Shown here in pieces: positions 21,364-30,967 of a stretch of DNA of 64,000 bases. The stretch is from Alphaproteobacteria bacterium (GTDB taxonomy: Bacteria; Pseudomonadota; Alphaproteobacteria; JAEUKQ01). The notes beneath the pieces were generated by a model. That model made no database searches, was not told where the DNA came from, and saw only the letters and a program-made list of their open reading frames with translations. The position numbers and the translations under genes were made by a program. The stretch is from the NCBI GenBank assembly GCA_016794225.1, contig JAEUKQ010000001.1, positions 70,391-134,390 of the forward strand. Reading direction: 5' to 3'. The first letter of the stretch is position 1; every line of letters starts with the position of its first letter.

Positions 21364-21427
21364 GTTGCCTCACCTCATTAAAAATAGTGATTCGGGCCTA
21401 TTTTATCCCGTACGTCAAATAACATCG

Positions 21428-22942
21428 TCAATTCTTACCTGGCAAGTTAAACTGGATACCTTGTGCTAATGGTAATTCGCGCGAATAATTAATAGTATTT
21501 GTTGCGCGACGCATATAATTGCGCCAGCTATCCGACCCTGATTCGCGACCACCCCCGGTTTCCTTTTCACCACCAAATGCACCGCCAATTTCTGCACCAC
21601 TTGGCCCGATATTAACGTTGGCAATCCCACAATCACTGCCAACAGCTGATAAAAACATTTCGGCCTGACGTAAATCATTTGTAAAAATGCAAGATGATAA
21701 CCCTTGCGGCACATCGTTATGCATGGCTATCGCCTCTTCAAATGAATGATAGGACATAACATAAAGAATAGGTGCGAAGGTTTCATGACGCACGATTTCG
21801 GTTTGACGTGGCATCTCAATCAAAGCAGGCCGTACATAGTAGGCATTAGGGTATTCCTTTTCAAATAGTCGTTCGCCACCAATTACGTGCCCACCTTCTT
21901 TTTTGGCTAATTCAATAGATTTTTGCATATTTGAAAACGCTGCCTGATCGATCAATGGCCCAATCAAAACTTTGCTGTTCAGTGGATGACCAACGGTAAC
22001 CTGTTGATATAGTTTTGCCAGTTGGTTTATGGTTGTAGACATTATGCTCTGCTCAACAATTAGTCGGCGTAATGTTGTACATCTCTGTCCGGTTGTCCCA
22101 ACCGCACTAAACAAAATAGCCCGCATGGCAAGGTCAATATCAGCCGAACTTGTTAGAATCATGGCATTATTTCCACCAAGTTCTAACAATAATTTACCAA
22201 AACGGCCGGCAACCTTTGGGGCTATAGCTTTACCCATTCTGGTACTTCCTGTTGCGCTAATAAGGGCAATTTTGGGGTGATCGACCAATATCTCGCCAAT
22301 CTTTGCATCACCCAATATCACATATGATATAGCAGGTATCTTCTGGGAAAATCTTAACACAGCCTGTTCCCATAGTTTTTGACAAGCTAAGGCTGTGAGT
22401 GGAGTTTTTTCAGAAGGCTTCCACACAACACTATTGCCACAAACAATTGCCAAAGCAAAATTCCATGCCCAAACAGCCGCCGGAAAATTAAAAGCACTGA
22501 TAACACCAACAACACCTAACGGATGCCACGTTTCCATCATCCGATGACCCGGTCTTTCTGAAGCAATTGTCAACCCATAAAGTTGTCGCGACAACCCAAC
22601 TGCAAAATCACAGATATCGATCATTTCTTGAACTTCGCCACGCCCTTCCTCTAGAATCTTACCACATTCTAGTGTTATAAGCTGACCTAATATATCTTTA
22701 TGTTGACGTAATTCCTGGCCAAAAAGACGGATAAGCTCGCCCCGCTTAGGGGCAGGAATTTTTCTCCATTCCTGAGAAGCTGCATAGGCGCTTTTAATAA
22801 TATCTGTCGTCTGCTTGGTGGTATGGGTTACAACCTTTGCAATCTCCCGCCCATCAAGCGGTGAACGAACCTGAAGATCGCCTTTTGATACTTCCTGTTC
22901 GGTAAATCCAAGTTTTGTCAATATATCACGAAATTCAGTCAT
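21428..22942 (-). CDS. aldehyde dehydrogenase, ALDH7 (piperideine-6-carboxylate / aminoadipic semialdehyde dehydrogenase)-like
   Basis: 504 aa. ALDH catalytic motifs. Overall similarity to the antiquitin/AmaB type (VWKPSEKTPLTA, EL GGNNA). Confidence 0.65.
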   Translation of the reverse strand: MTEFRDILTKLGFTEQEVSKGDLQVRSPLDGREIAKVVTHTTKQTTDIIKSAYAASQEWRKIPAPKRGELIRLFGQELRQHKDILGQLITLECGKILEEGRGEVQEMIDICDFAVGLSRQLYGLTIASERPGHRMMETWHPLGVVGVISAFNFPAAVWAWNFALAIVCGNSVVWKPSEKTPLTALACQKLWEQAVLRFSQKIPAISYVILGDAKIGEILVDHPKIALISATGSTRMGKAIAPKVAGRFGKLLLELGGNNAMILTSSADIDLAMRAILFSAVGTTGQRCTTLRRLIVEQSIMSTTINQLAKLYQQVTVGHPLNSKVLIGPLIDQAAFSNMQKSIELAKKEGGHVIGGERLFEKEYPNAYYVRPALIEMPRQTEIVRHETFAPILYVMSYHSFEEAIAMHNDVPQGLSSCIFTNDLRQAEMFLSAVGSDCGIANVNIGPSGAEIGGAFGGEKETGGGRESGSDSWRNYMRRATNTINYSRELPLAQGIQFNLPGKN

Positions 22943-23071
22943 AAAATCTTGCCTTTTAAAACAAAGTTACCCACAATATTTACGTTACATCATGACTGTT
23001 CCATACCGCTTTTGCAAGGGAAAGTCTAATGTGATAAAAACCAACAATATAAACATTTTAACAATCATAAT

Positions 23072-23509
23072 TTGGGAAATAATTTGGATATATTCGATCA
23101 GCGTTTACTACAAAACAGCACTTGGCTGTGGGACAGTAGCTTGTGCCATTTTCGGTTGAAACACGAAAAAGAATGGCCATGGTTGATGTTAATACCCAAC
23201 CTGGCAGATCTTAGGGAAATTCATGAATTATCTGTGCGTGACCAACGCCAATTAATGGATGAAATTACATGGTGCAGTAAAGCAATTAAATATATATTTA
23301 ATCCTGATAAAATAAACATTGGCGCTTTAGGCAACATTGTGCCGCAATTGCATATTCATATTATTGGAAGGTACACCAATCCTTCCCTTGATCCAGCTTG
23401 GCCAGGACCTGTTTGGGGGTATTCACCAACAACTTTTCTAGGGAAAAACGAAATTCAGCTACGCAGGCAGCTTCTGATCGATTACCGTGCACACAATCCT
23501 ATAAGTTAA
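23072..23509 (+). CDS. HIT family hydrolase
   Basis: 145 aa. Histidine triad HIHIIGR. Confidence 0.8.
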   Translation: MGNNLDIFDQRLLQNSTWLWDSSLCHFRLKHEKEWPWLMLIPNLADLREIHELSVRDQRQLMDEITWCSKAIKYIFNPDKINIGALGNIVPQLHIHIIGRYTNPSLDPAWPGPVWGYSPTTFLGKNEIQLRRQLLIDYRAHNPIS

Positions 23510-23531
23510 GCCTATGAGTTAATTAAGGCTA

Positions 23532-24812
23532 TTACTGCTTATTTTCAGAAACAGGTTTACTATAAAGCCTTATCTTTCTTTCAACCATCAGCATGATAGC
23601 TGGTAATAACAAACTTAAAACAATAGAGATCATGGCAATAATATCCATATAGATAAAAGCCCCCTGCTCATCATTTTTTAACAACATTGAAGAGAAGAAA
23701 GCACCACAAGCACCTGCAAGATGCTGCACCGCTGAAACAATCGACATATAGCTTGCCCGGTCACGGGGCGCGGTTATCTTAGATAAAACTGTACCGTTAC
23801 CTACCATTCGTGCCGAGCTAAAAAGCATAAACATTGGGAATAAGGCCAACACGGGTAGAGCAATAAAATTTGGGTTAATAAAACAAAGATATATCACTGC
23901 GGCCATGCACAACGTTGTTACAGTGGTAACCGGGGTTGAACCGAATCGATCCACAAAACGCCCAGCAATAATTACCGAAAAAAAACTCAGCCCACCACCA
24001 ATCAAGTACAACAAACTCATCTGATTTCTTGGAAATCCTAGATTATGCTGAACATATGTTGCGATATTTGGAACAATCATAAACATAGATAGCATGGTAA
24101 ATAACGCAATACTTAGACCACCAATAGCGCCAGGATACCGCAGAACATTAATCATATTCAAAAAGGGATTGCTACTTTTAAGATGCGCAATACCTTCGCG
24201 CACCAGGTGGGCACGTTGTGCTGGTAACAAGGTAATAACACCGCCAACAATAAGCAATCCAAGACCGGCAACGACGAAAAATGGAATACGCCATCCCCCT
24301 ATTAAAGCAAGTTCCAAGCCAAGAGGAACACCAAAAATAGAAGCCATTGAAAATGATCCCATCACAATACCTAATGCACGTCCCCGCCGCGAAGGGTGGA
24401 TGTTATCTGCAACACAAGAAATTGCAAGCGCTGTGGCCGGCCCGCCACAAAAACCTGCAAGAACACGGGTTATAATTAGTTGCTCGAAATTTTGTGACAA
24501 TCCGCCAAGCGCAGTTGTTGCTACCAACCCAAACAAAGCAACAGCTAAGGCTTGACGACGATCAAATCGATCTAAAAACATTCCCCCGACTAGCCCGGCA
24601 ACACAAGCGGCAGCTGTATAACTACCCCCTAAATACCCAATATGGCTTGGTGAAAACAACATGGCGCGGGCAATATCCTCACCTAAAGGCATCACCATCA
24701 TAAAATCAAGAATATTAACGAATTGAACCGCGGCCATCAGCAAAATGATTTTCCATTCTGTCTTGGTAAATAAAGCGTTATCACTTTTGATGTCGTTGGT
24801 TGGCTGTGCCAT
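23532..24812 (-). CDS. MFS transporter
   Basis: 426 aa. 12 predicted TM helices. MFS motif GxxxDRxGRR-like (LDRFDRRQAL). Confidence 0.75.
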   Translation of the reverse strand: MAQPTNDIKSDNALFTKTEWKIILLMAAVQFVNILDFMMVMPLGEDIARAMLFSPSHIGYLGGSYTAAACVAGLVGGMFLDRFDRRQALAVALFGLVATTALGGLSQNFEQLIITRVLAGFCGGPATALAISCVADNIHPSRRGRALGIVMGSFSMASIFGVPLGLELALIGGWRIPFFVVAGLGLLIVGGVITLLPAQRAHLVREGIAHLKSSNPFLNMINVLRYPGAIGGLSIALFTMLSMFMIVPNIATYVQHNLGFPRNQMSLLYLIGGGLSFFSVIIAGRFVDRFGSTPVTTVTTLCMAAVIYLCFINPNFIALPVLALFPMFMLFSSARMVGNGTVLSKITAPRDRASYMSIVSAVQHLAGACGAFFSSMLLKNDEQGAFIYMDIIAMISIVLSLLLPAIMLMVERKIRLYSKPVSENKQ

Positions 24813-24841
24813 TACTCTTTGCCTAATGTCAAAATTTCGCT

Positions 24842-26308
24842 TTACTGAAAAGCTGTTTCTGAAAAACTGCGTAGCTTGCGGCTATGTAAACTCTCTAACC
24901 CAAGATTAGCAAGTAATTCCATGGTGTGAATCCCAATTTTTAGATGCTGGGACACTTGTTGGTTATAAAAAGCACTTGCCATTCCTGGCAGCTTCATTTC
25001 ACCGTGTAATGGTTTATCGGAAACACATAGCAATGTGCCATAAGGAACGCGAAAACGAAAGCCATTTGCTGCAATTGTCGCGCTTTCCATATCCAGGGCA
25101 ATTGCACGACTTTGACTAAATTGCTGAATTTGTTCGGATTGCGGGCGAATTTCCCAATTACGATCTGCAACAGTAGCCACAGTTCCTGTACGCATAATTT
25201 TCTTTAGGTCATATCCTTGTAGCCCGGTAATAGCCCCTACCGCCTGTTGCAAAGCAACCTGAATTTCGGCAAGCGGAGGCAACGGCACCCATGTAGGTAA
25301 ATCGGCATCTAACACGTGATCCATTCTGACATAGCCATGTGCCAAAACATAATCTCCCAAACGCTGACTATTGCGCAACCCGGCACAATGCCCCAACATA
25401 ATCCATGCATGTGGCCTTAAAACAGCAACATGGTCTGTGATGGTTTTAGCATTAGATGGACCAACACCAATATTGATAAGTGTAACACCATGATCTTGAG
25501 GTGCAACCAAGTGATATGCTGGCATCTGCGGTAACCGGCTTAGCGTTTTTTGGGTATTTCTTTCAGCCGGCTGTGATAGTGAAGTTATTATATCCCCTGG
25601 TTCAACAAAAGCTGTGTATCGGCTTTTTCCAGTTTTTACCAAATCTCGACCATATTTAACAAACTCATCAACATAAAACTGATAATTGGTAAAAAGTACA
25701 AAATTTTGGAAGTGATCGCATGATGTTGCTGTATAATGCTTAAGACGAAATAAGGAATAATCAACCCGCGGTGCTGTAAATAAAGATAATGGCCTATTAT
25801 CTTCATCATTTGTTGGATAAGTTCCATTAGCAATACTATCATTGACAACCGCTAGATCCGGAACATCAAATATCTCGCGTAGCAACTGAAGGCTTTCTGA
25901 ACCTAATCCACCCTCTAAATGAATACCTTCTTCAAACGCAAAGTGTATTGGTATAGGCGTTGTGCTTAATCCCACTTCTAGAGGAATATGATGGTTACGT
26001 AACAACAGCGAAAATTGTTCGTGTAAATACCGCCGGAAAAGTTTAGGGCGTGTTAGGGTTGTATAATAGGTACCAGGATTATAAATAAAACCATAACTTA
26101 GACGGGTATCGTGTTGTGCAAAATGCTTATTCTGTAACCGTACATAGGGGTAATAGGCGCGGTGGCGTTCCGTAAGCCCGAATGTCGAGAACTTCTTGAA
26201 CGACCGACGTAAAAAATCTGTCTGCGTTTCATAGATTTTAATAATCTGTTCACAAGCCTTATCCGGATCTTTTAGAAAAACCGGTGCAATTTTTTCAGCT
26301 TCTATCAT
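24842..26308 (-). CDS. amn: AMP nucleosidase
   Basis: 488 aa. N-terminal Amn domain plus C-terminal PNP/UDP phosphorylase fold. Length typical. Confidence 0.75.
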   Translation of the reverse strand: MIEAEKIAPVFLKDPDKACEQIIKIYETQTDFLRRSFKKFSTFGLTERHRAYYPYVRLQNKHFAQHDTRLSYGFIYNPGTYYTTLTRPKLFRRYLHEQFSLLLRNHHIPLEVGLSTTPIPIHFAFEEGIHLEGGLGSESLQLLREIFDVPDLAVVNDSIANGTYPTNDEDNRPLSLFTAPRVDYSLFRLKHYTATSCDHFQNFVLFTNYQFYVDEFVKYGRDLVKTGKSRYTAFVEPGDIITSLSQPAERNTQKTLSRLPQMPAYHLVAPQDHGVTLINIGVGPSNAKTITDHVAVLRPHAWIMLGHCAGLRNSQRLGDYVLAHGYVRMDHVLDADLPTWVPLPPLAEIQVALQQAVGAITGLQGYDLKKIMRTGTVATVADRNWEIRPQSEQIQQFSQSRAIALDMESATIAANGFRFRVPYGTLLCVSDKPLHGEMKLPGMASAFYNQQVSQHLKIGIHTMELLANLGLESLHSRKLRSFSETAFQ

Positions 26309-26342
26309 AGAATCCCCTTTATCAACTTTTCATTGCCCCACT

Positions 26343-29069
26343 CTAGCTAATTAACCGCCGCCACCATCCTTTGCGTGGTTTTTCAGCTGTTTTATCAGTA
26401 GAAATAATATTTGACGCGTTTTCTTGGACGGGCGACTCTTGCCTAGGCTGATCGGTACGGTCGGCCACCAGCAAAACATCACCGTGATGGTGCTGGCTAG
26501 ATGCCTCATTTTGCTGCGTGGGCGATATTTGGTTATGAGAAATATCCGGTGAATACAAAACCTTTAATACTTCCCCGCGCTCTTGATTAACATGCGGCTT
26601 TTTGGGTTCATTGTGAATATTATCTACAGGATTTACCAATACATTCTCAGATGCAGAAGTATCTGTTGTACCTCCACCTAACGGCCGTTTCGATTCTTGG
26701 CCATTCCTACGTCGGTCACGCCGATGGCGGCCACCGCGACCCGAACCCTGGTACCGTTCGTCACGATTACGCTGATCCCGATGACGTCGGCCTTTTGGAT
26801 GACGTTGTTGTCTCTTAGAATCACCAGTGACTTCATCAGCAATTACTTCTGGGTCATTATGTAAAACATCGTCGGGTTGGTTTTGTTTCATTTCTTGCGC
26901 ATCGAGTTTTTGCTTCGCCTTACTGATGAAGGCTGGTTTTTCTTGATTTGAAGAATCACCAACATCTAAACCATCATTACCAATTGCTTCTTGATCTATA
27001 TGTTCATTACCGTTGCTTTCTTCTATAATGCCATCTTGCTTGTTAGCTGATTCGGCAACCCTAGCGACCCGATGTTCAGGTGTTATCTGCCGCGTATAAG
27101 CAATATTAAACCCTATCGGGGATGATTTTTCGTTAATAGCCCATGTAACCACCAGCTGGTGCCGTTTTTCAATATCCGCTAACATGTGTCTTTTATTATT
27201 CAAGACATAGGTGGCAACCTCTGGGGCTACTGTAACTTCTATTTCAAAACCCGGCTTCTTTAGGCCATCTGACTCAATTTGACGTAAAATATCAAGGCAC
27301 ACTGCCTCGGTCGAACGTAGGTGGCCAGTTCCGCCACAATAGTGACATATCTCTGAATTAGTTTCAAGCAGGCTTGGGCGCATGCGTTGACGTGATAACT
27401 CTAACAATCCAAAAGAACTAATTCGCCCAATTTGAATGCGTGCACGATCGGCACGCATCGCCTCTTTTAACCTTTTTTCTACCGCCTGATTATGAGATGT
27501 GGTTTCCATATCGATAAAATCAATAACTATCAATCCGGAAAGATCGCGCAGTCGAATCTGACGCGCAATTTCATCGGCAGCTTCAAGGTTTGTTTTTAAA
27601 GCTGTTTCTTCAATGTGACGTTCACGGGTAGCACGGCCTGAATTGACATCAATAGCAACTAAAGCCTCTGTATGATTAATCACTATATAGCCTCCAGAGC
27701 GCAACTGAACCCTGGGGGTCAGAAGTGCCAGCAACTGGCTTTCAACATCATATTGCTGAAACAAGGGTATTTTATCATCACGGTGAATCTGAACGCGTCT
27801 GGCATGGCTTGGAACCATGACTCGCATAAAAGATTTAGCTGTCTTGTAGGCTTCCTCGCCTGAAACAATCACTTCCTCTATTTCTTTGGAATAAAGGTCA
27901 CGCACGGCTCTTTTAATAAGATTTGCTTCTTCATAAACTAACGCAGGGGCAGATGAATGGATGGTAAGTTCACGAATCTCTTCCCAAAGACGCGTCAGAT
28001 ATTCGCAATCACGCCTAATTTCTGATTTTGAACGCTCACTACCCGCTGTTCTGATAATAATTGCCATCCCCTTTGGCATTTCCAGTTCATCAATAATTGA
28101 TTTTAATCTCTTACGGTCAGCAGCTGATGTTATTTTGCGGCTGACCCCACCGCCACTGCGGCCGGCATTAGGCATCAATACGCAATATCGCCCCGCAAGC
28201 GATATATAGGTGGTGATGGCAGCACCTTTGTTGGCTTTCTCTTCCTTAGTAACCTGCACCAACATAACTTGACGGCGTTTGATGACTTCCTGAATTTTAT
28301 AGCGGCGTAACAATCGTTGATAAATAATCCTGCGATTTGCCTCAATTTCTTCTACACCGCCGATAATTTCAACATCTGATGCTTCTTGAGAACTGCTGTC
28401 GACAGCTAAGTTATCGGCTACCAGAGCACCCTTATCGTGCGTTTCTTGCAATAATACCGCTGCTTCCGCCGGATCAGATGTATTTTCTTTCTGATCTGTG
28501 GATAACATATCGCCCATTGGAACAACTGAACTTTCCTGTATTTGCTGTACTGCCTTAGGGCTTGTTGCATCTAGGGTGGCTTGCTCTAAAAGACGATCAC
28601 TACCTTCTGCATGAGGTGCAACATAGGACTGTTCTGATCCTTCTGATTGTTGCAGATTAATTGCGTTATCTTCTGTTTCTGGCTGTTGATCAATTAAATT
28701 TAAAACCGGTTGGTTATTTTGCTGCACTTGTGGCGATAAAGATACATCGGTGTCGGCATGTTCGCTGCTTTCTGGAAGCCTGTCAGCCTCTAATTCTCTT
28801 TGTAAGGCTAAACGATCTTCAACAGGTATCCGATAATAATCGGGATGAATTTCGCTAAAAGGCAAAAAACCATGCTTGTTGCCACCATATTCAACAAAGG
28901 CAGCCTGCAACGATGGCTCTATTCGAATAACCTTAGCTAAATATATATTGCCCTTGATTAATTTTTTATGAGTTGTTTCAACGTCAAAATCTTCTAATTT
29001 CTTGCCTTCAAGAACAACAACTCGTGTTTCTTCGGGATGCGATGCATCGATTAACATTCTTTTGGTCAT
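26343..29069 (-). CDS. rne: ribonuclease E
   Basis: About 908 aa from Met at 29069 (MTKRMLID...). S1 domain carrying an acidic/Ser-rich insertion. DNase-I-like and Zn-link (CxxC) regions. Arg-rich degradosome-scaffold C-terminus. The ORF-track start at 29135 adds an implausible 22-aa hydrophobic extension. Confidence 0.85.
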   Translation of the reverse strand: MTKRMLIDASHPEETRVVVLEGKKLEDFDVETTHKKLIKGNIYLAKVIRIEPSLQAAFVEYGGNKHGFLPFSEIHPDYYRIPVEDRLALQRELEADRLPESSEHADTDVSLSPQVQQNNQPVLNLIDQQPETEDNAINLQQSEGSEQSYVAPHAEGSDRLLEQATLDATSPKAVQQIQESSVVPMGDMLSTDQKENTSDPAEAAVLLQETHDKGALVADNLAVDSSSQEASDVEIIGGVEEIEANRRIIYQRLLRRYKIQEVIKRRQVMLVQVTKEEKANKGAAITTYISLAGRYCVLMPNAGRSGGGVSRKITSAADRKRLKSIIDELEMPKGMAIIIRTAGSERSKSEIRRDCEYLTRLWEEIRELTIHSSAPALVYEEANLIKRAVRDLYSKEIEEVIVSGEEAYKTAKSFMRVMVPSHARRVQIHRDDKIPLFQQYDVESQLLALLTPRVQLRSGGYIVINHTEALVAIDVNSGRATRERHIEETALKTNLEAADEIARQIRLRDLSGLIVIDFIDMETTSHNQAVEKRLKEAMRADRARIQIGRISSFGLLELSRQRMRPSLLETNSEICHYCGGTGHLRSTEAVCLDILRQIESDGLKKPGFEIEVTVAPEVATYVLNNKRHMLADIEKRHQLVVTWAINEKSSPIGFNIAYTRQITPEHRVARVAESANKQDGIIEESNGNEHIDQEAIGNDGLDVGDSSNQEKPAFISKAKQKLDAQEMKQNQPDDVLHNDPEVIADEVTGDSKRQQRHPKGRRHRDQRNRDERYQGSGRGGRHRRDRRRNGQESKRPLGGGTTDTSASENVLVNPVDNIHNEPKKPHVNQERGEVLKVLYSPDISHNQISPTQQNEASSQHHHGDVLLVADRTDQPRQESPVQENASNIISTDKTAEKPRKGWWRRLIS

Positions 29070-29632
29070 GTAGTTTTTTTCCTTGATCGCAACCAACACC
29101 AACAAGGCGATTACACCTATAATCAACTGTATCATGCCAGTTTTTAGGCAGTGATTGCTTTATAAAGTTTATATTAAACAATTTCGTCATTAAATTTGTA
29201 ATAAAATGGCTTTCACCATAAAAATTCCGATAACCTGCAGATATGCAATACCGCAAAGACGACACCATCAATTGCCTTTTTTTTGCCACATTTATGTGCA
29301 AGAAAATGACCGGGGTCGCAATCAGGTTAGTAAGGAAAATTTTTAAATCCATAAGGTTCAATAGCAATAGCCAATGGTAAAAACAGTTATTTATTCTTCG
29401 TCAATCATGTATGATGACAATTGTTATATACAAGCGATACCGATAAAATATCAAGAAGGCAAGTTGGATTTATTGTAAAACGAAAAAAGTTATTTAGAAA
29501 TCTAGGAGATGCGTTAATTTTAGGAAATATTTATTCCGGTTTAGTGCTATAGAAAATATTTATAGCAACCGGGATTTTGATGTTATGTGCATTTTGATTA
29601 ACTTTCAAACTGGATAATATTAAGATTTAAGG

Positions 29633-30943
29633 TTGGCAAATAATATAGGTTTTTGGATGTTTTTTTATATGTTAGCGAAACGCTTATTGATTCTTTTAGG
29701 TTGCTGCTTGTGTACCAGCCAGGTTGTTGCTCAGCATATGGCCGAACTAAAAAACATAAGAATTGGTCAGCACCCAGATAAAATCCGCTTGGTAATCGAA
29801 TTATCATCTTCAACCCCTTTTGTTATATTTGCACTTAATAATCCCAGTAGGCTGATGATTGGCCTTGAGAAAGCAACCACCACACTTCAAGACAAAATCA
29901 TTAAGCAAAGTTTTTTACAGCAAATATCCTATTACCGGGATAACAACGGCTTATATGCTGTTATAAATTTAAACACCCCCGCATGGATAACCGGATCAGA
30001 ATTTATTCCCCCCAGCAGCAATAACCCTGCTCGATTGGTTCTTGATGTATCTTCAATATCGGACAGTCAATTCCAGCAGATCATAACAACAGGACTAACA
30101 ATTTCTTCTACAAATAAACCAAGTTTGGTTGGCTTTAAACATTGGACAAGTTTAAACGCAAAGCCATACACATTATGGTTTGATGAAATAGGTTTGCCAC
30201 CCTTTAAACCGCAACAAACCTACCAACAACAGATTGAACCTGTAACCAGAATGGTTATTGTTTTAGATGCAGGCCATGGGGGTATTGATTCTGGTGCGAT
30301 TGGCGTTAAGGGGACTGAAGAGAAAAAAATAACACTTGATTTGGTCAAAAGATTAAAGAAACTGTTAGAGAACGACCCTAAATACCAAATTTATCTGACC
30401 AGAGAAGATGACCGTTTTTTATCATTGGGCGAGCGGGTAAATTTTGCTAGGTCAGTCAAAGCTGACCTTTTTATTTCGTTTCATGCCGATTCGCATGGTG
30501 ATTCTTCGCTTGCTGGCGTTTCCGTTTATACCCTTTCCGACAAAGCATCCGACGCTGAAGCTCAGGTTCTGGCTAATAAAGAAAATAAATCAGACATCAT
30601 AGGTGGGGTAACATGGTCAGAACAAAACCCAGAAATTAATGCTATTTTGATTGACCTGTTACAGCATGAAACAAATACAAGATCCGTTCTTTTTGCTAAT
30701 TTCTTGCTTAAGGAATTGGGTAAAAAAGTCATTTTACTAAGAAATAGTCATCGTTCGGCAGGTTTTTTAGTATTGCGAGCAGTTGATGTTCCATCGGTAT
30801 TGATTGAAGGTGGCTATCTATCAAACGCACGCGAGGAGACATTATTAAATACAGCCGAACACCAAGATAAACTTGCTAAAGCCATTTATCAGGCTATTTA
30901 TCAGTATCACCAGTGGTTATATCAATCATTATTAGGTAACTAA
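29633..30943 (+). CDS. amiC: N-acetylmuramoyl-L-alanine amidase (AmiC-like, N-terminal AMIN domain)
   Basis: 436 aa. Signal peptide, then an Amidase_3 catalytic domain (VVLDAGHGG..DSGA, ISFHAD). The start may be the internal Met at 29669. Confidence 0.75.
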   Translation: MANNIGFWMFFYMLAKRLLILLGCCLCTSQVVAQHMAELKNIRIGQHPDKIRLVIELSSSTPFVIFALNNPSRLMIGLEKATTTLQDKIIKQSFLQQISYYRDNNGLYAVINLNTPAWITGSEFIPPSSNNPARLVLDVSSISDSQFQQIITTGLTISSTNKPSLVGFKHWTSLNAKPYTLWFDEIGLPPFKPQQTYQQQIEPVTRMVIVLDAGHGGIDSGAIGVKGTEEKKITLDLVKRLKKLLENDPKYQIYLTREDDRFLSLGERVNFARSVKADLFISFHADSHGDSSLAGVSVYTLSDKASDAEAQVLANKENKSDIIGGVTWSEQNPEINAILIDLLQHETNTRSVLFANFLLKELGKKVILLRNSHRSAGFLVLRAVDVPSVLIEGGYLSNAREETLLNTAEHQDKLAKAIYQAIYQYHQWLYQSLLGN

Positions 30944-30967
30944 GATGTTGCGTTTTAACTGAGTCGC

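Noticed and set aside
24094-24555. 153-aa Arg/Pro-rich ORF on the plus strand inside the MFS transporter gene
   Set aside because: It is antisense to a well-supported 12-TM MFS gene. Its low-complexity basic composition is typical of a GC-rich antisense frame. No start context is present.
29070-29135. 22-aa hydrophobic N-terminal extension of RNase E in the ORF track (MIQLIIGVIALLVLVAIKEKNY)
   Set aside because: RNase E proteins begin M(K/T)RMLI..., and the in-frame ATG at 29069 gives exactly that. The extension is most likely untranslated leader.
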